Origin: Ostreococcus lucimarinus
Lineage: Eukaryota
Reading direction: 5' to 3' (one strand)
Assembly (NCBI GenBank): GCA_000092065.1
Contig: CP000584.1
Length of the DNA stretch: 64,000 nucleotides
Below, in pieces: positions 29,946 to 37,631 of the stretch; the first letter of the stretch is position 1, and the number at the start of each line of letters is the position of its first letter. The notes beneath the pieces were generated by a model, which saw nothing but the letters and a program-made list of their open reading frames with translations, searched no databases and was not told the origin of the DNA. Made by a program: the position numbers and the translations under genes.

Positions 29946-31076
29946 ATGCGGTGCGGGGAGACGACGGCGCGCGAAGCGACGTCGAGGGCTGGCGACGGCG
30001 CCGCCGGGACGCGCGGTGACGAAGACGGATTCGTGCGCGACGCGGGCGTCGGATGTCACATCGCGCTGGACGTCGCGCGCGCGAATCACTCGTCGTGGTT
30101 GCTCGGCGCGGAAGTCGTGGACCCGGACGAGTACTCGGACGACGCGGAGTTCCCGGACGTGGCGTTGGACGCGGATGGACGCGGGGACGCGCCGAGACTG
30201 AGCGCGACGAACGCGGACGGATCAGACGCGGTGAAGGTGGCGTACATCACGGTGTACGACGTGAAGTGTTATGGGAAAGGGAATAAATCGCTCGCGCAGG
30301 GCGTGACGATCGATAACGATGGACGACGGTCGACGGTGACGACGTTCGTGTGCCTGGTGCCGCCGCGCTCGATGGCGCACCTGTGCTTTTTGCGACTGGA
30401 GGGAAGGGACGTGCGGGACGTGCGAATCGACAGCGATTTTCGCGCGTGGTCGATGCATCCGAAACCTAATGACACGCACAGCCAATCGGTGGGGTTTCCT
30501 CTGCGAGGCGAGCGATTTTTGTGCACGCAGAATGAAGGGGGCGAATTGACGCACTTTTTCAGCGGGAATTTGCACGCGGTGGATTTCAGATGTCCCGAAG
30601 GCACGCCCGTGCTCGCGGTGGGCGATGGTGAAGTAATCGAAGTGTGCGACGAGAACACGCTCACTGGAATCGCGGTGTCGAATCTATTCAAATGGAATTC
30701 AATCGTGTTAAAGCTCGACGCTCGCTCGACGCCGGAGACGCCGCTGAGAAACGCGAGCGCTGAGTGCGCCACCACGACTGAGGCCGACGTCTCCACGTAC
30801 GACGTCAGAGGTGGTGATTTATTTGTCGAGTACGTGCATATTCGCGCCAAGAGCGCCAAGGTTAAGGTCGGCGACCGCGTGCAGCGTGGACAAGTCATAT
30901 GCGAGTCCGGCTCCGTGGGATTCAGCCCCGAGCCGCATTTGCACTTTACGGCGTTTCGCTCGGGCGACGACACCGCCGACACCGTGCGCGTCTTGTTCGA
31001 AGCGTGCGACACCGGTGCGACATATCTCCCGCGCGCGGGTTCGTATTACACCGATAGCGTAGGTAAGTGCGCGTAG
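29946..31076 (+). CDS. Peptidase M23 (LytM/lysostaphin-type) domain protein.
   Basis: GNLHAVDFRCPEGTPVLAVGDGEVIEV, followed ~100 aa later by GSVGFSPEPHLHFTAF, matches the M23 HxxxD...HxH metal-site layout (compare GGNHYGVDF...TGPHLHFQ). The first motif is one residue shorter than canonical. The 5' part of the listed ORF (29115..29945) overlaps the large gene on the other strand and is not coding. Confidence 0.55.
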   Translation: MRCGETTAREATSRAGDGAAGTRGDEDGFVRDAGVGCHIALDVARANHSSWLLGAEVVDPDEYSDDAEFPDVALDADGRGDAPRLSATNADGSDAVKVAYITVYDVKCYGKGNKSLAQGVTIDNDGRRSTVTTFVCLVPPRSMAHLCFLRLEGRDVRDVRIDSDFRAWSMHPKPNDTHSQSVGFPLRGERFLCTQNEGGELTHFFSGNLHAVDFRCPEGTPVLAVGDGEVIEVCDENTLTGIAVSNLFKWNSIVLKLDARSTPETPLRNASAECATTTEADVSTYDVRGGDLFVEYVHIRAKSAKVKVGDRVQRGQVICESGSVGFSPEPHLHFTAFRSGDDTADTVRVLFEACDTGATYLPRAGSYYTDSVGKCA

Positions 31077-31181
31077 GTAAGTGCGCGTAGTCCGCTGTAC
31101 ATTTTCATTCACTTTTTCATCGCCGCAACCGACGCTCGAACCGCGCGCGCGACGTCCCACACCGCGACGCGCGCGCCGACG

Positions 31182-32663
31182 ATGGGCAAGACGCAGAAGC
31201 GCGCGCGAAAGAAATCGTCGCAAGCGCCCGGCGTGCGCGACGGCAGCGCGATCGCGAAGCCGACGCACGCGACGGCGGACGCGACGACTGATGTTCAAGT
31301 CGCGGTGGCGGCGGCGGCGATGGCGGTGGACGACGCGCGCGACGACGGCGCGCGATCGAGAGACGTGAGCGAAGGGACTATTTTACGTGCCCTGCTCGCG
31401 CAGTCGTGCGTGGACGCGTGCAAGGCGCTGGATGCGGCTCTGGCGCGCGGCGTCGCGGTGCGGGCGGATACGTGCGCGAGAGTGCTGGCGTTGTGTCAGG
31501 CGCGAGAGAAGGCGAAACCGGCGCTGCGATTGCTGCAAAGAATGGAAGCGAACGGTATGGCGCCGTCGCGAGAGGCGATGCGGTGCGCGTTCTTCGCGTG
31601 CGCGAAGCGGGGAATGTTGCGCGAGGCGCTGGTGTTGATGTCGCGGCTCGACGGCGAAGGAAAGCGTTTCTTAGGGAAGGATGTCCTCGTGCGAGCGTGC
31701 GCGATGTGCCCAGGGGGCGTCGATGGGGATTTAGGTTTAGCATTATTGGAAAGCGCGCTGCGCGGTATCATGTGCGGGTCTTGGGAGCCGGGATCTACCG
31801 CGACGATTCGCGCGCAAATGCCGTTCGCGGTGCCGCGCACGAAGGACGACGACGACATTCCCGCGCCATTGGTGCGTCGCGATATTGAATACGCGCCGGG
31901 TAGCTTTAAAATGGTTTGCGATAACGATGGACGACGTCGGCCGGTGGATAGGTTGCCGCTTGAGCTGTACGCGCCCGCGCACCCGGGCGTAATCCCATTT
32001 GCGCCTTCAGGATTGACAGAGGCGGCGCGTTACGACGTGCCGCACGTTCCGGGGGCGTTCGTCGTGACGAATCTTCTCACGAAAAGCGAATGCTCAGCAA
32101 TCATAGCCGCCGGTCACGCGATTGGGCTTCGTACCGATCCCGGCGACGTCGACGGTGTCACGGGCGCGTCTCGTTTGCAATACTGCGAGTTCATGGTTTG
32201 GCCGCAAAATATTCAAGGTCTGTGGCGACGAATCGCAGACTTAATGCCTCCCGGTGCTGTGGGTATTAACGCGCGCTGGAGGTTCTTCCGTTACGGTCCT
32301 GGTACGATTTACCGCCGTCACGTGGATGGGTCCTGGCCCGAGGGCGCACTCAACGAGGAATGCGAATATGTCACCGACGTCTCCGATGGCAAAGTCCGCT
32401 CGAGGTTGACTTTTCTGATTTATCTCACCGAAGGCTTCAACGGTGGATCGACGACGTTTTACACCGCTACGCCGAGCGAGCCTGGAGTCTTGAGCGCGCG
32501 AGGTGTCGTGCCACAACTTGGCGCCGCGCTCTGCTTCCCGCACGGCGAAGCCGAGGAGTCGCCCGTGCACGAAGGCAGCGCCGTGACCGCGAGCTTGAAC
32601 GGAGGCGAAACGTTCAAGTACGTCATTCGCACAGATGTGCTGTTCAATGTGTCGGATATCTAG
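31182..32663 (+). CDS. 2OG-Fe(II) oxygenase (prolyl 4-hydroxylase-like) protein with an N-terminal helical-repeat (PPR/TPR-like) region.
   Basis: C-terminal YRRHVDGSW...SRLTFLIYLTEGFNGGSTTFY...ESPVHEGSAV gives the HxD...H iron triad in a P4Hc-like context. The N-terminal half has PPR-like helical pairs (ALRLLQRMEANGMAPSREAMRCAFFACAKRGMLREALVLM). Confidence 0.55.
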   Translation: MGKTQKRARKKSSQAPGVRDGSAIAKPTHATADATTDVQVAVAAAAMAVDDARDDGARSRDVSEGTILRALLAQSCVDACKALDAALARGVAVRADTCARVLALCQAREKAKPALRLLQRMEANGMAPSREAMRCAFFACAKRGMLREALVLMSRLDGEGKRFLGKDVLVRACAMCPGGVDGDLGLALLESALRGIMCGSWEPGSTATIRAQMPFAVPRTKDDDDIPAPLVRRDIEYAPGSFKMVCDNDGRRRPVDRLPLELYAPAHPGVIPFAPSGLTEAARYDVPHVPGAFVVTNLLTKSECSAIIAAGHAIGLRTDPGDVDGVTGASRLQYCEFMVWPQNIQGLWRRIADLMPPGAVGINARWRFFRYGPGTIYRRHVDGSWPEGALNEECEYVTDVSDGKVRSRLTFLIYLTEGFNGGSTTFYTATPSEPGVLSARGVVPQLGAALCFPHGEAEESPVHEGSAVTASLNGGETFKYVIRTDVLFNVSDI

Positions 32664-32738
32664 ACTAGCGGCTTCGCGATGAATTATAGTACAACAGAAG
32701 AATTGAATTGAACACGAACTAAAGATATGGCGAACGGG

Positions 32739-33611
32739 CTAAGAGAGGTACACGACGCCGCACCCTTCATCCAACGCGAGATGGAAAGCTTTCACGGTAA
32801 ACGCGCCCGCACGACGGTCGCACCCACTCACTTCGATCGCCACGGACGCGGGCGTCGGGTAGCCCAAGAATGTCGACGCGCTCGCCGCTCGAGCGTCTTC
32901 CGCGGCGAACTCGGTTACTCCAGTCGCCTTAAACTCGCCGCGCCGATTCAACGCCGCCGGCCCGAGCGTCTTCGCAATCTTCCTCGCCACGGCGTCCACA
33001 TCGTTCGCGCACAACACGACGCGAACCACAGAAGAACTCCCGCTCGCCCACGGCTTCCCCGTCTTGACGAACTTTGCCTCGAGCGCGCACGCGCTCGAGG
33101 ACACTGCGCAACCGGCGTACGCGTCGCCGCGACAATTTTCACCATTCGCCGCGCTCAGCGCGCCTCGCCGAATCGCCGCGTTCCGCGCTCTCGCGGGATT
33201 CTCGTTTCCGATCACCACCCCGCGCAGCGTGACCTCGTCGCCGTCGTCGCCTCGCCTCGCCGCGTCGCCGCGCTGAAACTCCACGACGAACCCGTTCGCG
33301 TCGCGCACCGTCGCGCTCGCCTCGTCCTCGCGCTCCACCGCGAGCCCATCACCGCTCGCCGCGATCAACGCGCGCGCGCCATCGATCGGGCGCGCGCCCG
33401 TCGGGCACGTCACGACGACGCGCGACACGCGCGAGGTCGTCGCCGTCGCCGTCGCGTCGCCGCCGACGCGCGAGTTCGCGAGCGCGCCGCCGAGCGCGAC
33501 GCCGACGAGCGCCGCGCGCCGCGTCGACGGCGGCGTCGAAAACGCGCGCGCGTCGCGCGCGAGGACGCGGTCGAGGACGCGCGCCGCCGTCGTCGGCATT
33601 TGACGACGCAT
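32739..33611 (-). CDS. Glyoxalase/VOC-superfamily-like protein with an organellar presequence (~290 aa).
   Basis: It is the only coherent frame in this region; the opposite strand is Arg-rich junk. VOC-like beta-alpha-beta-beta-beta segments are present (GFVVEFQRGD..., VVRVVLCANDVDAVARKIAKTLGPAALNRRGEFKATGVTEFAAEDARAASASTFLGYPTPASVAIEV). The N-terminus is Ala/Arg/Thr-rich. The family assignment is tentative. Confidence 0.45.
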   Translation of the reverse strand: MRRQMPTTAARVLDRVLARDARAFSTPPSTRRAALVGVALGGALANSRVGGDATATATTSRVSRVVVTCPTGARPIDGARALIAASGDGLAVEREDEASATVRDANGFVVEFQRGDAARRGDDGDEVTLRGVVIGNENPARARNAAIRRGALSAANGENCRGDAYAGCAVSSSACALEAKFVKTGKPWASGSSSVVRVVLCANDVDAVARKIAKTLGPAALNRRGEFKATGVTEFAAEDARAASASTFLGYPTPASVAIEVSGCDRRAGAFTVKAFHLALDEGCGVVYLS

Positions 33612-33620
33612 CGGCTTCGG

Positions 33621-35990
33621 ATGGATGTCGACGACGCGCGCGACGGCGGCGACGAGGACCGTTCCGACGACGACGATGACGCGCGCGAGGACGCGATCGA
33701 CGCGAGCGAAGGCTCGAGCGAGGACGACGAGGACGAGGACGACGACGAGGACGACGACGAGGACGACGATGATGTAGAATTGGATGATGCGCAATTGGAC
33801 ACGATAATGACGCTCGAACAAGAGCTCGAGAGCGACTCCTGGCGCGATTACGCGAAAGCGGGGAGATTGATTGATTTGTTGCGCGCGGCGAACCTGCGCG
33901 AGCGGTGCAGAACGGCGAGGGAACGATATAACGAAGCGTTCGCGATGGACGAGGCGCGCTGGTCGGCGTGGATTCAAGACGAATTGGCGAATAAGACGAC
34001 GGGGACGAAACGCGAACGGCACACGCGATGCGATGAGTTGTTCGCGAGGGCGATCGAAGAGTGTGGACGGACGAGCGTGCGGTTGCACATGGGAAGGTCG
34101 AGGAACGCGATGGAGCTGGAGGCGGATGAGAGCGACCGACGCGCGCTTTACGAGACGGCGACGGCGGGACCGGGGATGAACTTTAACGATGGGCATTTGA
34201 TTTGGCAGGCGTATCGAGCGTTTGAACTGTCGTGGGCGGCGTCGGAAACGCAGAAAGTGCGGGTGAAGGCGCTGTATTTGCGACAGTTGAAGATTCCACA
34301 AGCGCAGTCTCAGGCGACGCTCGAGGCGGCAAAGACGTGGGCCGCCGACGCGGGTCTTCATAACGCAGACGCCGCGTTCCACGAAGCGTACGCGGTTGGT
34401 AATGCTGCAAAAGTACTGCGCGAGCCTTACGAGGCGCGTCTGCTCGCCGTGACGAGTTCGCATGAAGGCGACGCGAAGCTGCTTCGAGCGTACGCAACCT
34501 ACATTGATTTTGAAATGGCGAGCGGATCTCCGGACAGAGTCGTTCACTTGTACGAACGCGCGCTTTCGTCGCTGCCGTATGTCGCAGAGCTCTGGCGAGA
34601 CTACGTGTTGTACGTGTGGTCGATATCGTTCAAATCAGCAGAAGCAGCTTCGCGCACTTTGATGCTTCGCGCCGTTCGCATGTGCCCGTCTAGCGTTCTG
34701 TGGAAGTCGGTGCTCGAGCTGGAGTCGTCGTACGACTTGTACACGCATGCGCTGAGAACGAAGTTCAGAGATCCGAACGACTACGGTGCGGTTCTTACAA
34801 AAGTTCTCACACAGTGCGTACGTTTGGACGATTGGGCAAAAGCGTCCGGGTGCGTGACTTTTGGTTTCGAGCAGATGGCCAAGGATTATTCGCCCAACAT
34901 CATGGCGGCGGCGGCGATCCATGTCTTGAAAGAACTAGTAGACTACGCGTTGATGAAAGATCACAAGACGACGGTCGCGTCATTCATAGACGCTGTTTTT
35001 GCGCAACTCGCGGAGCGGGCACCGTTCAAGACCGCCGCTGAATTTGTCATCCTTCGAACTGATACGTCGCGCCTTATAAAGAAGACGCAAAAGGAAGTAC
35101 TAGACCTGTACGATGTAGCGTTACAGCGAGGAACCGTGGAACCCGTCGGCCTGTCGAAGAAGACGGTAGATGAAGAGACCCGTCGATTGGCTGGAACGGC
35201 TATGCTACTGAAAGCAAAGGCGCGATATCTGTCGACATTTGCACCAAAAAAGTACGACGATTTCAACGAAAAGACCAACGCTATGGCCGCTGTGCGGCGG
35301 TACGAGTTAAAACTCGCGTGTGAGCGATTGGCTGCGAACGCGGCGGCGAAAGAGCGCATGAAAAGCGGTGGAAGCCGCCGCGAACGCGCCGCCGCGCGTC
35401 GCGCCGGAGCCGAACCCATTCCACGCAAACGAACTCGCGAAATTCCAGAGGGAGGCGACAAGACTGATATGAATCTTGCCGGAATGGATCATGACGCTCG
35501 TGTCAAGACGCTTTTCCCAACAAGAGACACGCAAACAGCCTTTGTCAAAAATTTGTCCTGGGACGTTACGGACGCCGAGCTCATGGAGTTCTTCACCGGC
35601 GCGGTGAGCTGTCGAATCGTCAAGGACAAAGCCACTGGTCGTTCGCGAGGAATCGCGTACGTTGACTTTGGAGAAGAAGCTGCTCTGAACGCTGCAATCA
35701 TGCGATCCGGTGAGGCGCTCAAGGGAAGACTGGTTGATATCGCGAAGAGTCGGCCTCCCGGTGACGACGGACCCGATGGTCGCGGTGGACGTGGCGGTGG
35801 ACGTGGCAGTCGTGGCGGTGGTCGTGGTGGCGGGCGCGCCGCACCGTCTGTGGCTTCTGGACGTGGTCGCGGAGGCTTGGGCCTTATGCCTCGCGCGATA
35901 ACGGTGACGCGTACGGACAACGGCGAAGGCGCACAAGCAAAAACTAACGCAGACTTCAGGGCAATGTTTGTGAAGGGATCATCGCAGTAG
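33621..35990 (+). CDS. SART3/Prp24-like U6 snRNP recycling factor (LSm-interacting protein) with HAT repeats, one RRM, an RGG tail and a C-terminal LSm-interaction motif.
   Basis: LSATDLY...EPYEARLLAVTSSHEGDAKLLRAYATYIDFEMASGSPDRVVHLYERALSSLPYVAELWRDYVLYV aligns with the SART3 HAT region (EAPRLAEYQAYIDFEMKIGDPARIQLIFERAL...). There is an RRM (AFVKNLSWDVTDAELMEFF...RGIAYVDFGEEAALNAAI), then GRGGRGGGRGSRGGGRGGGR, and a terminal NADFRAMFVKGSSQ comparable to SNADFAKLFLRK in human SART3. The acidic N-terminus is encoded by GAC/GAG trinucleotide repeats. Confidence 0.8.
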   Translation: MDVDDARDGGDEDRSDDDDDAREDAIDASEGSSEDDEDEDDDEDDDEDDDDVELDDAQLDTIMTLEQELESDSWRDYAKAGRLIDLLRAANLRERCRTARERYNEAFAMDEARWSAWIQDELANKTTGTKRERHTRCDELFARAIEECGRTSVRLHMGRSRNAMELEADESDRRALYETATAGPGMNFNDGHLIWQAYRAFELSWAASETQKVRVKALYLRQLKIPQAQSQATLEAAKTWAADAGLHNADAAFHEAYAVGNAAKVLREPYEARLLAVTSSHEGDAKLLRAYATYIDFEMASGSPDRVVHLYERALSSLPYVAELWRDYVLYVWSISFKSAEAASRTLMLRAVRMCPSSVLWKSVLELESSYDLYTHALRTKFRDPNDYGAVLTKVLTQCVRLDDWAKASGCVTFGFEQMAKDYSPNIMAAAAIHVLKELVDYALMKDHKTTVASFIDAVFAQLAERAPFKTAAEFVILRTDTSRLIKKTQKEVLDLYDVALQRGTVEPVGLSKKTVDEETRRLAGTAMLLKAKARYLSTFAPKKYDDFNEKTNAMAAVRRYELKLACERLAANAAAKERMKSGGSRRERAAARRAGAEPIPRKRTREIPEGGDKTDMNLAGMDHDARVKTLFPTRDTQTAFVKNLSWDVTDAELMEFFTGAVSCRIVKDKATGRSRGIAYVDFGEEAALNAAIMRSGEALKGRLVDIAKSRPPGDDGPDGRGGRGGGRGSRGGGRGGGRAAPSVASGRGRGGLGLMPRAITVTRTDNGEGAQAKTNADFRAMFVKGSSQ

Positions 35991-36255
35991 AGACGCTCGT
36001 AGTAGTGATGAAAAAAACGTTGTTGTATAACAAGATGAACCCGGATCGATGTTCACCATGCAGCCCCCGTCTTTCGAACAGTCTTGCATGAGAGCCTAGC
36101 CCTTGACCGAGGTGAGGCACTTACCGTTGGCAGACTTATAAAGTTGAACAAAGCTAACATCCACTGTGACCTGCTGTAATGTTACAAGCGTACAAGTATA
36201 ACGAGCTGAGTCGGATGGACTTTCAATAAGTAAAAATCGTGTTGGTACATGTATG

Positions 36256-36307
36256 GCGCGCGCGCTGGCTATACTAAAAGCAGCGCGCGCTGGCTATACT
36301 AAAAGCA
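36256..36307. repeat. Tandem duplication, about 2 x 25 bp (GCGCGCGCTGGCTATACTAAAAGCA), in the AT-richer tail-to-tail spacer between SART3 (+) and ProDH (-).
   Basis: Two adjacent, near-identical copies read directly from the sequence. They lie 19-70 bp beyond the ProDH stop codon. Confidence 0.8.
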
Positions 36308-36325
36308 AGCCCAGCACACATCGTG

Positions 36326-37201
36326 TCAAGACCAGTGCATTCGCTCAAGCAGCCGGCGATACAGGTACGGCGAGAGCTCGCTGAATCTACCAAAAGGCAC
36401 GTATTTTAGCACGTTTGCCTCCTGCTCCAAAAGCCGGTTCGTGGTTTCGTCGTCCATGCCGAGGAGCTGCGCGTAAAGCACGCGTCCTTTATTTTTATGC
36501 TCCAGCGCTTGATCAATGTTCGCGACGTTTCTAGTGGCCACGAGCGTCGTCACGTGGTCGTTGCCGCTTTGCAGGGCAATTTCCAAGCCGCGTTCGTAAG
36601 ACTTGTCCACCAACGCCTTATTCGGTAACAGCGCTCCTGTCTCTCGATCGAGTCGAAGGTACGCGCCGCGTACGAGCTTGGCACCGATCGTGAATCCGAG
36701 ATCCCTCGATCGCTCGATGTCTTCGCGCAACTCGTCCACGGCGTCGGCGCGGTACATTTGGTATGTCTTGAACACAGTCGGATACTCGCCCCCGTCGTTT
36801 TGCGAGGTGTTATATTCGCGCATCAAATCAAACGCTGTCCGAGAGTAAGCCGCATGTAATGCGTTCTCCTCCGCGTCGATACACACCGAAGTCTTCAACT
36901 GAGCCGCCCGCCTGGCGATGTTCCTCGCGTGTCTCTCCGCCGTGGCGTGGTTCTCCTCGCTCCCGAGCGCGCTGAGCTTCAGCGCGTGCATCGCGGAGGG
37001 AAACTCATTCATCCTTTCCGCGATCACGTGCGCCACGTGCGCCGATTCACGCGTCGGACGATGCTCTCGCGCGAAGTCGAGAATGGTGCCCACTCCAAGA
37101 CCTCGCAACCCCTCCACCAACGGTCTCAACTCGTGCGTCAGCGCCGCGAACCGCAGCGTCGGCCGCAACGCGCCGACGTTCCGCAAGAACGCCATCACCA
37201 C
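36326..37201 (-). CDS. Proline dehydrogenase (short, monofunctional PutA-type catalytic domain, 291 aa).
   Basis: VCIDAEENALHAAY...FKTYQMYRADAVDELREDIERSRDLGFTIGAKLVRGAYLRLDRE...VATRNVANIDQA...YAQLLGMDDETTNRLLEQEANVLKYVPFGRFSELSPYLYRRLLE carries the ProDH signature blocks (TYQxYL, KLVRGAY, ATHN, FxQLxGM, KYxPxG...YLxRR). Confidence 0.8.
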   Translation of the reverse strand: MVMAFLRNVGALRPTLRFAALTHELRPLVEGLRGLGVGTILDFAREHRPTRESAHVAHVIAERMNEFPSAMHALKLSALGSEENHATAERHARNIARRAAQLKTSVCIDAEENALHAAYSRTAFDLMREYNTSQNDGGEYPTVFKTYQMYRADAVDELREDIERSRDLGFTIGAKLVRGAYLRLDRETGALLPNKALVDKSYERGLEIALQSGNDHVTTLVATRNVANIDQALEHKNKGRVLYAQLLGMDDETTNRLLEQEANVLKYVPFGRFSELSPYLYRRLLERMHWS

Positions 37202-37631
37202 CGCTCACGCGCGCGCGCGCGCCCTCAAATCGCGCGCACGCGCGCCGCGCTCGACCAAAACGCGTCGTTCGCAAAACGCGTCGTTTCGCAATTCCAACAG
37301 TCGCGCGCGTTCGAGCCCACCGGCGCGCGCGCGTCGCTCTCTCTCTCGCGCGCTCTCGCCGACGCTCGCGCGCGTTCGTTCGCGCGTTCGTTCGTTCGCG
37401 CGCGCGATCCGTTCGCGCCGCGCTCGATCGCCGTCGCGCGTCGGTGTGCCGCCGCGTCCCGCGTCGACGCGTTTTGGCCGCGCGACGGTTCGCGACGCGT
37501 TTTGGTTCGTGAGACCTAAACCGTCACACGGACCGCGCACGATTTTTTCGCGACCGTTCGGCGTCGTCGTCAGTCGGCGACGCCGGCGTCGCGCGCGCGG
37601 CGGGCGACGCGCGCGCGACGACGCGACGCGG

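Noticed and set aside
33612-34547. Upstream two-thirds of the 602-aa minus ORF 32739..34547
   Set aside because: It is antisense to the SART3-like gene and its sequence is junk (RLRLRLWNLQ..., poly-V/L from the GAC/GAG repeats). Only the 3' third, 32739..33611, reads as a real VOC-like protein.
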